From positions 544,001 to 608,000 of the forward strand of contig CAWDDT010000004.1 in NCBI GenBank assembly GCA_963801165.1: a DNA stretch of 64,000 nucleotides. Reading direction: 5' to 3'. Positions 1 to 9,735 of the stretch are shown one piece after another. The translations under genes and the position numbers were made by a program. Below the pieces are notes generated by a model. That model worked only from the letters and a program-made list of their open reading frames with translations. It did no database searches and was not told the DNA's origin. This DNA comes from an uncultured bacterium. Its GTDB lineage: Bacteria; Actinomycetota; Acidimicrobiia; Spongiisociales; UBA5794. Within the stretch, counting starts at the first letter, position 1. Every line of letters begins with the position of its first letter.

Positions 1-2
1 TG

Positions 3-209
3 GCACCGGAACTCGACGATTGGCGGGCTGATCTGGAGGAGCGCTGGGGGAGACCGGCGATGTTGTCCGGCAGTGGGCCGACGCTGTACTCGTTCTTCGT
101 TGACCAGGACGAGGCAGCCGGGGCGGTGGCGGCAGTGCCGGCCGGGAGCCGGTTCGCCGAAGCCTGCGACCTCGTCGCCTTCGGGTGGCGAATCACAGAC
201 GACGGGTAG
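3..209 (+). CDS. ispE: 4-diphosphocytidyl-2-C-methyl-D-erythritol kinase, 3' part (truncated by window)
   Basis: Manual translation gives ...RWGRPAMLSGSGPTLYSFF...DDG* (TAG 207-209). MLSGSGPT is the GHMP/IspE C-terminal motif. The position before tRNA-Gln-glmU-prs fits. Confidence 0.8.
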   Translation, partial: APELDDWRADLEERWGRPAMLSGSGPTLYSFFVDQDEAAGAVAAVPAGSRFAEACDLVAFGWRITDDG

Positions 210-254
210 CCTTTACACTGCTTGCCGCCCCGAGCAGAGGCGGCCCACGACGAG

Positions 255-325
255 TGGGGGATGGTGTAATGGCAGCACACGTGGTTTTGGTCCACGCAGT
301 CCAGGTTCGAGCCCTGGTCCCCCAG
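255..325 (+). tRNA. tRNA-Gln (anticodon TTG), CCA not encoded
   Basis: Acceptor stem TGGGGGA/TCCCCCA, D arm TGGTGTAATGGCAGCAC, anticodon arm CGTGG-TT-TTG-GT-CCACG, T arm CCAGG-TTCGAGC-CCTGG. Confidence 0.95.
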
Positions 326-356
326 CGAGTTCCTGCTTCAAACAGTGGTGTTACCC

Positions 357-1094
357 ATGGCAATCAAAGCAATAGTCCTCGGTGCAGGCAAGGGCACGAG
401 AATGAGATCGGATCTGGCCAAAGTGCTCCATCCGGTTGCCGGGCGCCCGATGTTGCTGTGGACTCTCGACGCCCTCGCCGCGCTCGAGCCGGCGGAGACG
501 GTCGTCGTTGTCGGTCACCAGGCCGATGCGGTGCGCGCCGTTCTGCCCGAAGGTGTCGATTCTGCGCTTCAGGCCGAGCAGCTCGGTACCGGACACGCCA
601 CCCTTGTCGCGTTGGAGGCGCTCGATCTCGATCCTGATGACGATGTCCTCGTCATGCCGGGTGACATGCCGTTGGTCAGCTCTGCCACCCTGGCCCGGCT
701 CGTCGGCCAGCATCGGGAGACGGGTGCGGCGGCGACACTTCTCAGCGTCGAGCTGGACGAACCGGGCGCCTACGGTCGGGTTGTCCGCGGCGACGGTCGT
801 GTGCTCGGAATCGTCGAAGCGAAGGACGCCACAACCGAGCAACTCGAGATCGTCGAGGTGGGGACATCGGTTTACGTCTTCTCCGGTCGGTCGTTGCCGG
901 GTGCCCTCGCCCGGGTGGGCACCGGCAACGCTCAGGGTGAGTACTACCTGACTGATGTGATCGCAATCCTGGTCGCCGACGGGCACCGCGTCGAGGCATG
1001 CATCGCCGATTCGGAAGAGGGTCTCGGCATCAATGCGGTCGACCAGATTGCAGTGGTCGAAGCAGTCCTGAATCGGCGCGACGAGAACGTGTGA
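357..1094 (+). CDS. glmU: GlmU-like sugar-1-phosphate uridylyltransferase (N-terminal domain only, no acetyltransferase beta-helix)
   Basis: LGAGKGTRMRSDLAKVLH, EQLGTGHA, GDMPL, NAQGEYYLTD motifs. Stops after GIN... at about 245 aa. Syntenic with prs. Confidence 0.85.
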   Translation: MAIKAIVLGAGKGTRMRSDLAKVLHPVAGRPMLLWTLDALAALEPAETVVVVGHQADAVRAVLPEGVDSALQAEQLGTGHATLVALEALDLDPDDDVLVMPGDMPLVSSATLARLVGQHRETGAAATLLSVELDEPGAYGRVVRGDGRVLGIVEAKDATTEQLEIVEVGTSVYVFSGRSLPGALARVGTGNAQGEYYLTDVIAILVADGHRVEACIADSEEGLGINAVDQIAVVEAVLNRRDENV

Positions 1095-1161
1095 CCGCGT
1101 TGGTCGAAGTGCGCCGGCGCCGCTACCCTGCCTCGCGGCAGCCAACGGGAGGGCCGACAGC

Positions 1162-2133
1162 GTGGAGATCACGAGTCGCAAGCGTCTTATGGTGTTTTCC
1201 GGCTCGGCGAACGAGGGCCTGGCTCGGGAAGTAGCCAACATTCTCGGCACTGACGTGGGCGGGGTGGAGCGCGAGGTTTTCGCCAACAGCGAGCTCTACA
1301 TACATTTCACCGAAAGCGTTCGCGGCGCCGATTGTTTCGTGATCCAGAGCCACGTCTCTCCGATCAACTTTCACATCATGGAGCAGCTGATCATGATCGA
1401 CGCCCTAAAGCGGGCGTCGGCAAAGCGGATCACCGCCGTGATCCCTTTCTTCGGCTACAGCAGGCAAGACAAGAAGGGGCGACCCCGCGAGCCGATTACG
1501 GCCAAGCTGATGGGGGACCTCTTCGTGACCGCCGGTGCCGACCGGCTCGCCTCGGTCGATCTGCACACCGGTCAGATCCAGGGCTTCGTCGACGTGCCTT
1601 TTGACCACCTCACCGCACTCCCCGTCTTTGTCGACTATCTGGCCAAGACCCTCGATGGTCCGACGACCGTCGTCTCTCCAGACACCGGTGGTGTGAAACG
1701 AGCCGCCCGGCATGCCAGGCATCTCGACGCTTCCGTTGCATTCATCGACAAGAGACGCAGCAGTGACGTGCGCAACAAGTCCGAGTCGCTGGAGGTCATC
1801 GGTGACATCCAGGGCAGGCATTGCATCATCGTCGACGACATCATCGATACCGCAGGCACCGCGGTCGGAGCGGCCAACCTGCTCCAGCAACGCGGCGCCC
1901 TCAGCGTCCGTCTGGCGGCGACCCACGGAATCATGTCCGATCCCGCCGTTGATCGCATCAAGAACTCGGCCATCAGCGAGGTGGTGATCAGCAACACGCT
2001 GCCGGTCCCGGAAGATGCTCGGGAGCTGCCGAACCTGACCGTCCTTTCGATCGGCGCGGTGCTGGCGGGCGCGATCAACGCCATCTTCACCGACGCCTCG
2101 GTCAGCGCCATCTTCAAAGGCGAGAACATGTGA
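1162..2133 (+). CDS. prs: Ribose-phosphate pyrophosphokinase
   Basis: YSRQDKK, VDLH, SPDTGG and VDDIIDTAGT PRPP-binding loop. Confidence 0.97.
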   Translation: MEITSRKRLMVFSGSANEGLAREVANILGTDVGGVEREVFANSELYIHFTESVRGADCFVIQSHVSPINFHIMEQLIMIDALKRASAKRITAVIPFFGYSRQDKKGRPREPITAKLMGDLFVTAGADRLASVDLHTGQIQGFVDVPFDHLTALPVFVDYLAKTLDGPTTVVSPDTGGVKRAARHARHLDASVAFIDKRRSSDVRNKSESLEVIGDIQGRHCIIVDDIIDTAGTAVGAANLLQQRGALSVRLAATHGIMSDPAVDRIKNSAISEVVISNTLPVPEDARELPNLTVLSIGAVLAGAINAIFTDASVSAIFKGENM

Positions 2134-3911
2134 GCGAGCCGGCAGATCCGGTCGTTCGGGCCATCCGCAACGGGTTCGAGCGCTACGTCACCGAGTTCGC
2201 CGCGATCACCCGTCGGGCCGAGCAGCGCTTTTCAACCCGCGATTGGAACGGGTTGCAGGACGACGCCGCCGCCCGGCTCAGCCTCTACAACAGCACCGTG
2301 TCGGACGTCGTGGCAAGCATCAACGGCGAGCTGGGGTCACGCGCTCGGGATCCGGCCATCTGGGCAGCAGCGAAGGATGGGTTCTCCGCAGCGATGGCAG
2401 GGCATCCGTTGGGTCCCATCGGCAAGACCTTCTTCAGCTCGGTCACCAGGAGGGTCCTCGAGACCGAGGGAACGAATCCCGCAGTCGAGTTCACCGACGA
2501 CCGCGACCCCGATCCCGGCGGCGAGCCCGAGCTGCTCCGTGCCGGCACAGGCAGCACCGGGGACAAGCTCGTTGACGTTTGCGACCACGTCGTCACCGGC
2601 GCCCGATGGCAGAACCTCGAGCGCGACGCCCGTCTGGCGACGCTCGAGATCGACCGGCGGTTCGCCTCCCACGGTGTCACGAGTGAAGTCGACAGGATCG
2701 AGGTCTACCCACAACCGTTCTACCGCGGTCGTGCCGCCTACGTCGTTGGCACAATCACCGCCGGGGACCTGACGCTCCCGCTCGCCATCGCTGTTCACCA
2801 CACCTCGCGGGGTCTCATCGTCGGGGCCGTTCTCACCGAGCCCGACGACATCTCGGTTCTCTTCAGCTACACCCGCTCATCGTTTTTCGTCGTGGTTGAG
2901 GATCCCGGGGCAATGGTCCACTTCCTCCGCAGGCTGATCCCGCACCGGAAGGCATCCGAGCTGTATAGCTCGCTCGGGTTCAACAAGCACGGCAAGACTG
3001 AGCGCTATAGGGACTTGCGCGCCTTCATCGAGAGCTCCGGTTCCCGCTTCGAGTACGCCAGGGGGATCCGGGGAATGGTCATGATCGTCTTCACCCTCGA
3101 GGGCTACGACGCGGTGCTCAAGGTCATCCGGGACCGCTTTCCATATCCGAAGCAGACCACGAGACGGCAGGTGATGTCCAAGTACCGGTTGGTATTCGGC
3201 CACGACCGCGCCGGCAGGCTCATCGATGCTCACGAGTTCGAGCACATGCGGTTCGACCGGGAGCGGTTCGCGCCGGAACTGCTCGCCGAGCTCGAGGAAG
3301 GTGCCGCCCGCTCGGTGGTGGTGTCCGGCGACACGGTGATCCTGCACCACGTGTATCTGGAGCGAAAGGTGATTCCGCTCGACATCTACCTACGCGAGAG
3401 CAACCCGCTCAAGAGTAGGGCTGCCATCGTCGACTACGGCCGGGCGATCAAGAACCTGGCGATGTCGAATATCTTCCCCGGCGACATGCTGCTCAAGAAC
3501 TTCGGAGTGACCCGATCGGGAAGGGTCGTCTTCTACGACTACGACGAGCTGGTCCAGCTGACCGAGTGCAACTTCCGGGAACTGCCACAAACAGTGGACC
3601 CGGAAAGGGAGATGTCGGCGGAACCGTGGTTCGGCGTCGGCGACCACGACGTCTTCCCCGAGGAGTTTCGCAACTTCCTCGGCATCCGCGGCGAGCTGCG
3701 CGACGTGCTGGAACGCCACCACAGTGACCTTTTCGAGGTTCGATTCTGGAAACGAATCCAGGATCGGGTTCGTGCCGGCGAAGTCATCGAGATCTTCCCT
3801 TACGACCGCAGCCGACGGCTCGGCTCGGCGATCCGGGCTCAACCATCCGCCGGGGCGCTTCCGGGTAGGCGCACGGTAACGGCGGCCCAGAGCCCGAGGA
3901 GGATTGGATGA
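2130..3911 (+). CDS. aceK: Isocitrate dehydrogenase kinase/phosphatase
   Basis: FYRGRAAYVVG, LFSYTRSSF, GFNKHGKTE, GIRGMVMIVF, HDRAGRLID, NIFPGDMLLKNFGVTRSGRVVFYDYDE and DVFPEEF match the AceK signature blocks. Confidence 0.93.
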   Translation: MSEPADPVVRAIRNGFERYVTEFAAITRRAEQRFSTRDWNGLQDDAAARLSLYNSTVSDVVASINGELGSRARDPAIWAAAKDGFSAAMAGHPLGPIGKTFFSSVTRRVLETEGTNPAVEFTDDRDPDPGGEPELLRAGTGSTGDKLVDVCDHVVTGARWQNLERDARLATLEIDRRFASHGVTSEVDRIEVYPQPFYRGRAAYVVGTITAGDLTLPLAIAVHHTSRGLIVGAVLTEPDDISVLFSYTRSSFFVVVEDPGAMVHFLRRLIPHRKASELYSSLGFNKHGKTERYRDLRAFIESSGSRFEYARGIRGMVMIVFTLEGYDAVLKVIRDRFPYPKQTTRRQVMSKYRLVFGHDRAGRLIDAHEFEHMRFDRERFAPELLAELEEGAARSVVVSGDTVILHHVYLERKVIPLDIYLRESNPLKSRAAIVDYGRAIKNLAMSNIFPGDMLLKNFGVTRSGRVVFYDYDELVQLTECNFRELPQTVDPEREMSAEPWFGVGDHDVFPEEFRNFLGIRGELRDVLERHHSDLFEVRFWKRIQDRVRAGEVIEIFPYDRSRRLGSAIRAQPSAGALPGRRTVTAAQSPRRIG

Positions 3912-4312
3912 AGACTGAGGTCATCACGTTACGCACGGGGAACCGGCGCGCCGTTGTCGACATCACCCGGGAGGCGGGCGAGTTCGTGAGTGGTGAGGGC
4001 GACGGTCTGCTCAACGTGTTCACCCCCCACGCCACCGCGGGAATCGCCATCATCGAGACCGGAGCCGGCAGTGACAACGACCTCATGGATGTGCTCGACG
4101 ATCTCGTGCCTCGCCACGATCGTTACCACCATCGCCATGGCAGCCCGGGGCACGGTGCCGACCACGTGCTCCCCGGCATCGTGGCACCGAGCACGGTCGT
4201 GCCGGTGATCGACGGCAGGCTGTTGCTCGGGACGTGGCAGTCGATCGTTCTCGTTGATCCCAACGTCGACAACCCGAACCGGCAGGTGCGGTTCAGCTTC
4301 GCTGCCGGTTAA
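3908..4312 (+). CDS. yjbQ: YjbQ / UPF0047 family protein
   Basis: PHATAG and LGTWQSIVLVD motifs, 134 aa. Confidence 0.9.
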   Translation: MKTEVITLRTGNRRAVVDITREAGEFVSGEGDGLLNVFTPHATAGIAIIETGAGSDNDLMDVLDDLVPRHDRYHHRHGSPGHGADHVLPGIVAPSTVVPVIDGRLLLGTWQSIVLVDPNVDNPNRQVRFSFAAG

Positions 4313-4338
4313 AGGGGAGCGGTCGGGGCGTTCCCTTT
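4311..4338 (+). terminator. Intrinsic terminator-like hairpin after yjbQ
   Basis: AAAGGGGAGCG...CGTTCCCTTT inverted repeat right at the stop codon. Confidence 0.5.
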
Positions 4339-4444
4339 GCCTCCGGCGACGCGATGACGCATAATGTGGCCGATCTGGTGTTCCGCGCCCGGTTTTGCGC
4401 GGCGCAAAGACCCCCTATCTGTCAGTCATGAGGAGACACACACC

Positions 4445-5116
4445 ATGGAGCAGGTGACACTGAGCGCCCAGCCCCGCGCTGGTCTCGGGACACGCGAGTC
4501 CCGGCGCCTGCGACGGCAGGGCAAGATTCCCGCCACCGTTTACGGGAAGGACTCGCAAGCGAAATCCATCACGGTCGACGGCCGTGAGCTGTACTCGGTC
4601 CTGCACACTGAAGCAGGCCGCAACGCTCTCATCAATGTCGACATCGAAGGCGGCGAAAGAGTGCTCGCCGTCGCCCGCGAGGTGCAACGAAACCCCGTGC
4701 GGGGTGAGGTCATCCACCTCGATCTGATCCAGATCTCGCTGGACGTGGCTATCGCCGCCGAGGTCGGTCTCGAGTACATCGGCACGCCGATCGGAGTCCG
4801 CGAGGACGGCGGTTTCGTCGAGGCGATCGCCTCGACCGTCAACATCACTGCGCTGCCCACCGCCATTCCAGGATCGATCGTCATCGATATCGAGCACATG
4901 CACACGGGCGACACGCTCAAGGTATCGGATCTTCCCGCCATCGAGGGTGTCGAGTACACCGACGATGAGGATCGGGCGCTGGTGACGGTGCTCATGCCCC
5001 GCGTCGAAGAAGAGCTTGAAGCTGGCCTCGAGCTGGGCGAAGAGGGCGAAGCGATCGCAGGCGAAGCCGGCGAAGGCGACGAAGCCGGCGCACGGGCCGC
5101 GGAGGAAGAGGAGTAG
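4445..5116 (+). CDS. rplY: 50S ribosomal protein L25 / Ctc
   Basis: SRRLRRQGKIPATVYG, VQRNPVRGEVIHLD, acidic tail. GAGGAG RBS before ATG 4445. Confidence 0.95.
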   Translation: MEQVTLSAQPRAGLGTRESRRLRRQGKIPATVYGKDSQAKSITVDGRELYSVLHTEAGRNALINVDIEGGERVLAVAREVQRNPVRGEVIHLDLIQISLDVAIAAEVGLEYIGTPIGVREDGGFVEAIASTVNITALPTAIPGSIVIDIEHMHTGDTLKVSDLPAIEGVEYTDDEDRALVTVLMPRVEEELEAGLELGEEGEAIAGEAGEGDEAGARAAEEEE

Positions 5117-5133
5117 CCGTCTCCCCCGACACT

Positions 5134-5727
5134 GTGGGACCGCGCCAACCGGTCGTGGTCGGGCTCCGCAATCCCGGCCGGGCCTACGAGCGTACGCGTC
5201 ACAACCTCGGTGCCGACGTGGTGGCGGTGGTTGCATCTCGCTGGGCAGCGAGCTTCAAGCGTGCCCGGCGCACTATCCGGGCCGAGGTGAGCGAAGCCCA
5301 CATTGACGGCGTGCGCTCGGTGCTGGCGATGCCGACGACGTTCATGAATGACTCCGGCCGCGCGGTGGCTCCGCTGTTGCGGTACTTCGACGCCGAGCCG
5401 GGCGATTTGCTTGTTGTCCACGACGACATTGACCTACCTTTCGCCCGGCTCCGGCTCCAGTACGACCGCGGTTCGGGAGGCAACAACGGTGCTCGCTCGG
5501 TGATCCGCTCGCTCGGTACGCGGGAATTCTGGCGGCTGAAATGCGGGGTGGGGCGTCCACCGGGCAGAATGGACCCGGCAGAGTACGTGTTGCACCGTTT
5601 TGCCGGCAGGGAACAGCCGGAGATCGATCTCCTGATCGAGCAAGCGGCGGACGTGGTGGAGAGGTTCATCACCGATGGTGGGCTCGCAGCCCAGCAGCTC
5701 ACCGGTGGCGGCGACGGTACTGGCTAG
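5134..5727 (+). CDS. pth: Peptidyl-tRNA hydrolase
   Basis: [37 protein letters not shown]. Confidence 0.95.
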   Translation: MGPRQPVVVGLRNPGRAYERTRHNLGADVVAVVASRWAASFKRARRTIRAEVSEAHIDGVRSVLAMPTTFMNDSGRAVAPLLRYFDAEPGDLLVVHDDIDLPFARLRLQYDRGSGGNNGARSVIRSLGTREFWRLKCGVGRPPGRMDPAEYVLHRFAGREQPEIDLLIEQAADVVERFITDGGLAAQQLTGGGDGTG

Positions 5728-5753
5728 CTGGCCCGCCCGGAAGGAGTCGAGAC

Positions 5754-7238
5754 GTGGCATACGTCGGAGCAATCGATCAAGGAACGACGAGCACCCGGTT
5801 TGCCATCGTCGATCACACGGGAGCCTTCGTCGGCATGGCCCAAAAGGAACACGCCCAGCTGATGACCCGACCCGGGTGGGTTGAGCACGACGCAGCTGAG
5901 ATCTGGGCAAACACCGAAGAGGTCATTGGCGCCGCGCTGAGCGAGGCCGGGATCGAGCCGGCAGACCTGGCAGCGGTCGGGCTGACCAACCAACGGGAGA
6001 CGACACTCGTCTGGGATGCCACCACGGGTGAGCCGCTGGCGCCGGCGATCGTGTGGCAGGACACCCGCACCGATGCGTTGTGTCGGGAGCTGGGGGGCGA
6101 CGAAGGTGCGGCCCGCTTCCAGGCCAAGACCGGTCTCCCGCTGGCCACCTACTTCTCCGGTCCCAAGCTGCGCTGGCTGCTGGACAACGTAGATGGGTTG
6201 CGGGCGAAGGCCGAGGCAGGTGGTGTCAGGTTCGGGACCATGGACGCCTGGGTGATGTGGAACCTGACCGGGGAGCACGTCACCGACGTGACCAACGCCA
6301 GCCGGACGATGCTCATGGATCTCGACACCCTCGACTGGGACGCGGAGATCCTGGACATCTTTCGTATCCCCGCAACGATGCTGCCCCGGATCGTGCCCTC
6401 CGTCGGCCTCATCGGCCGGGGCCGGGGGGTGCTCCAGGGTGTGCCGATCGCCGGCATCCTCGGCGATCAGCAGGCGGCGATGTTCGGGCAAGCGTGCTTC
6501 AACCCGGGCGACACCAAGAACACCTACGGGACCGGATGCTTCATGCTGCTCAACACCGGGACGACGAAGGTGATGTCCACCCAGGGTCTGCTCACCACCG
6601 TCGCGTATCAGATCGCCACCGGCAAGCCCCGGTATGCCCTCGAAGGCTCGGTTGCGATCGCCGGCTCCGGCGTGCAGTGGCTGCGCGACCAGCTGCGTCT
6701 CATCGACGCAGCGCCCGACGTCGAGCCACTAGCGCGGACGGTCGCCGACAACGGCGACGTCTACTTCGTGCCTGCCTTCTCGGGACTTTTTGCCCCGTAC
6801 TGGCGGTCCGACGCCCGCGGGGTCATCGCCGGGCTCACCAGGTTCAGCGAAGCCGGCCACATCGCCAGGGCGGTTCTCGAGTCGGTGGCGTACCAGAGTC
6901 GTGACGTACTCGAGGCGATGGAGGCCGACTCCGGCGTCGAGATGTCCGAGCTGAGGGTCGATGGCGGAATGGTCGTCAACGATCTGCTGATGCAATTCCA
7001 GGCCGACATCCTGGACGTCGATGTTGTGCGCCCCGGCACTATCGAGACGACGGTGCTCGGCGCGGCATACGCGGCGGGTCTCGCCACCGGGTTCTGGCGT
7101 GGGATCGACGAGCTGCGCCAGCATTGGTCTGAGGAGCGCAGGTTCACACCGGCGATGGAGACCGGAAAGCGTGCGTCGCTCTATCGATCGTGGAAGAAGG
7201 CGGTCGACAGGAGCCTCGGCTGGGTGGACGAGCAGTGA
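5754..7238 (+). CDS. glpK: Glycerol kinase
   Basis: [52 protein letters not shown] before GTG 5754. Confidence 0.96.
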   Translation: MAYVGAIDQGTTSTRFAIVDHTGAFVGMAQKEHAQLMTRPGWVEHDAAEIWANTEEVIGAALSEAGIEPADLAAVGLTNQRETTLVWDATTGEPLAPAIVWQDTRTDALCRELGGDEGAARFQAKTGLPLATYFSGPKLRWLLDNVDGLRAKAEAGGVRFGTMDAWVMWNLTGEHVTDVTNASRTMLMDLDTLDWDAEILDIFRIPATMLPRIVPSVGLIGRGRGVLQGVPIAGILGDQQAAMFGQACFNPGDTKNTYGTGCFMLLNTGTTKVMSTQGLLTTVAYQIATGKPRYALEGSVAIAGSGVQWLRDQLRLIDAAPDVEPLARTVADNGDVYFVPAFSGLFAPYWRSDARGVIAGLTRFSEAGHIARAVLESVAYQSRDVLEAMEADSGVEMSELRVDGGMVVNDLLMQFQADILDVDVVRPGTIETTVLGAAYAAGLATGFWRGIDELRQHWSEERRFTPAMETGKRASLYRSWKKAVDRSLGWVDEQ

Positions 7239-8431
7239 CACCCCGGCTCGGTCTTGCGGCGCGCACCGCCAACATGAACGTGAGCGCGATCCGCGAGATC
7301 CTCAAGGTCGTGTCCCGCCCCCGGGTGGTGTCGCTCGCAGGCGGTATCCCGTCACCGGACAGCTTCCCGATCGAGGTCATCTCGGCGCTGGTCCCGACGG
7401 TCCTGGACAAGTACGGCAGCGCGGCGCTCCAATACGACCTGACCGAGGGCTTTCCTCCGCTGCGGGAAGCCGTATCCGGTCTGCTCCGCGAGCGCGGGAT
7501 AGAGGCCTCGCCGGACGACATCCTCATTGCCAGCGGATCGCAGGGGGTCCTGGACGGGATCGGGAAGATCCTGATCAACCCGGGTGACCTGGTTGCGGTG
7601 GAAGCCCCGACCTATCTGGGGGCGATCCAGGCATTCAGCCCTTATCAGCCCGACTACCTCGAGATCGCCACCGACAGCGACGGGGTGATACCGGAATCGC
7701 TCGACGAGGTGCTCGCCGCCAACGAGGTAGCGCTCGTCTATCTGGTGCCGACGTTCCAGAACCCGACCGGGCGCACCGTCCCCCTCGAGCGGCGGATGCG
7801 GATCGCGGAGATCATCCGCCGTCGTGGCGTGCTGCTCGTCGAAGACGATCCTTACGGTGCTCTCCGCTTCCGGGGCGAGCCGGTGCCTCCAATCGCCAGC
7901 CTGGCGCCCGAGCACGTGGTGTACGTCAGCACCCTGTCCAAGGTATTCGCCCCCGGGCTCCGCATCGGAGTCGCAGTGGTGCCCGGAGAGCTGCGCGACT
8001 GGCTCGTCATCGCCAAACAGGGCGTCGACCTGCATACCAGCACGTTCAACCAGGCGCTGGCCGCCGAGTACATCACCGGGGGATTCCTCGCCGAGCAGGT
8101 ACCGCGCATCATCGAGATCTACCGCCCGAAGCAGGAACTCATGATGCGTGCGCTCGCCGAGGACTTTCCCGACGGTTTCACCTGGTCGCAGCCGGACGGC
8201 GGGATGTTCGTCTGGGTCGAGGGACCGGCCGGGTTCGACATGGATGGCGTCTACGCCAGGTCGGTGGCGGCTGGGGCCGCATTTGTGCCAGGCAAGTACT
8301 TCTTCACCAAGCCTGGTGCCGGCGGTGCCACGATGCGGCTCAACTTCACCACGGCGGAACCCGACGAGCTGAGCCGGGCAATAGCCATCATCGGCGCCGC
8401 CATCGAGACCGAGCTGGTTAGTTCTCCGTAA
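7235..8431 (+). CDS. PLP-dependent aminotransferase class I/II (LysN/AvtA-like)
   Basis: [36 protein letters not shown]. Confidence 0.9.
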   Translation: MTPRLGLAARTANMNVSAIREILKVVSRPRVVSLAGGIPSPDSFPIEVISALVPTVLDKYGSAALQYDLTEGFPPLREAVSGLLRERGIEASPDDILIASGSQGVLDGIGKILINPGDLVAVEAPTYLGAIQAFSPYQPDYLEIATDSDGVIPESLDEVLAANEVALVYLVPTFQNPTGRTVPLERRMRIAEIIRRRGVLLVEDDPYGALRFRGEPVPPIASLAPEHVVYVSTLSKVFAPGLRIGVAVVPGELRDWLVIAKQGVDLHTSTFNQALAAEYITGGFLAEQVPRIIEIYRPKQELMMRALAEDFPDGFTWSQPDGGMFVWVEGPAGFDMDGVYARSVAAGAAFVPGKYFFTKPGAGGATMRLNFTTAEPDELSRAIAIIGAAIETELVSSP

Positions 8432-9020
8432 GGGCGAGCTTCACCGCAAACCCGGCGAGCAGCAGCCCCATCGATCGTTCGACGCGGCGCCTGATCCGGG
8501 TGCTGGCCGCCCACGTCTCGCCGAGACGGGCGGCGAGCGTGGCATAGACGGCGAACACCGCCAGCGTCATCGCCATGAACACCAGGCCAAGCCCGAGTAG
8601 CGAAGCCAGCGATGCGTCCCGGGAGAGGAACTGGGGGAGGAAGGCGAAGAAGAACAGGGTCAGTTTCGGGTTGAGTAGGTTGAGCAGAACCCCGCGCCCG
8701 ATGACCGATGCGGCGGCGCGTTCGGGTGCCTCGGTGGTGGTGGGCTTCGACTCCGAGCGGATCATCGTGAATGACAGGAACAGCAGGTAGACGACACCGA
8801 CGTACTTGAGGGTACGGAAAGCCAGAGCCCCGGTCTGGAGGAAGGCGGACAGCCCGAACACCGCCGCCACGAGATGCGGCACGATGCCGAGCGTGCACCC
8901 GAAGGCAGCGATGATGCCCTGTCGCCGGCCTCTGGCGAGGGCGACCGACACGGTGTAGATGACCCCGGTGCCGGGAACGACGACGACGATCAGCGAAGTG
9001 AGCAGGAAGGCGGGGCCCAT
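8418..9020 (-). CDS. LysE/RhtB family translocator
   Basis: VVVPGTG, LNLLNPKLTLFFFAFLPQF, hydrophobic helices. Confidence 0.9.
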   Translation of the reverse strand: MGPAFLLTSLIVVVVPGTGVIYTVSVALARGRRQGIIAAFGCTLGIVPHLVAAVFGLSAFLQTGALAFRTLKYVGVVYLLFLSFTMIRSESKPTTTEAPERAAASVIGRGVLLNLLNPKLTLFFFAFLPQFLSRDASLASLLGLGLVFMAMTLAVFAVYATLAARLGETWAASTRIRRRVERSMGLLLAGFAVKLALTEN

Positions 9021-9077
9021 CGGGGCACTCTAAGCGCGTTCGGAACTCGGCCGCGACGAGCGGTTACCATCCACGCC

Positions 9078-9659
9078 ATGTCGGAACGGCTCAACGTACC
9101 CAACCTGCTCGCGCTGACGCGTATCGTCCTCACCCCGGTGGTGATGACGTTCGTTCTGCTGTCCAAGCACATCGATCACGCATTCGGGATTGCCCTTGCG
9201 ATCTTCATACCCGCGGCTCTCACCGACTTTGCCGACGGCTACCTGGCGCGACGGTGGAAGCTGACCACGGTGTTCGGGGCGTTTATGGACTCGGTCGCCG
9301 ACAAAATCCTCGTCACCGGGAGCCTACTGGTGCTGATCGAGGTCGGCAGGGCGTGGTCGTGGGCGGCGTTCCTCATCATCTGCCGGGAGATCGCCGTGAT
9401 GGGGCTGCGCGCCGTCGCCGCTCTCGATCGGGCCACGGTTCCCCCGAGTTTCTGGGGCAAATCGAAGACGACTTTTCAGTTCGTCGCCATCGGTTTCGCC
9501 ATGATCCGATCCACCACGGAGCTCGGCCCGTTCTTCGTCGACGAATGGCTCATGTTGGTGGCAGTGTTCGCCACGGCCCTCTCCGGCTGGGATTACTTCC
9601 ATCGCTACTGGAGCGCCTTCAAGACCGACGAGCGCGTCGAGATCCCCGTCGACGAGTAG
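9078..9659 (+). CDS. pgsA: CDP-diacylglycerol--glycerol-3-phosphate 3-phosphatidyltransferase
   Basis: NVPNLLALTR and TDFADGYLARR...FGAFMDSVADK (CDP-alcohol phosphotransferase motif). Confidence 0.88.
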   Translation: MSERLNVPNLLALTRIVLTPVVMTFVLLSKHIDHAFGIALAIFIPAALTDFADGYLARRWKLTTVFGAFMDSVADKILVTGSLLVLIEVGRAWSWAAFLIICREIAVMGLRAVAALDRATVPPSFWGKSKTTFQFVAIGFAMIRSTTELGPFFVDEWLMLVAVFATALSGWDYFHRYWSAFKTDERVEIPVDE

Positions 9660-9735
9660 CTTCGTGCGTAGCGTGTGCCGGCATTCCGGCGCCGTCTACG
9701 CATGAACGGGAGAGACCACTAGCCTGTCAGCTCCC

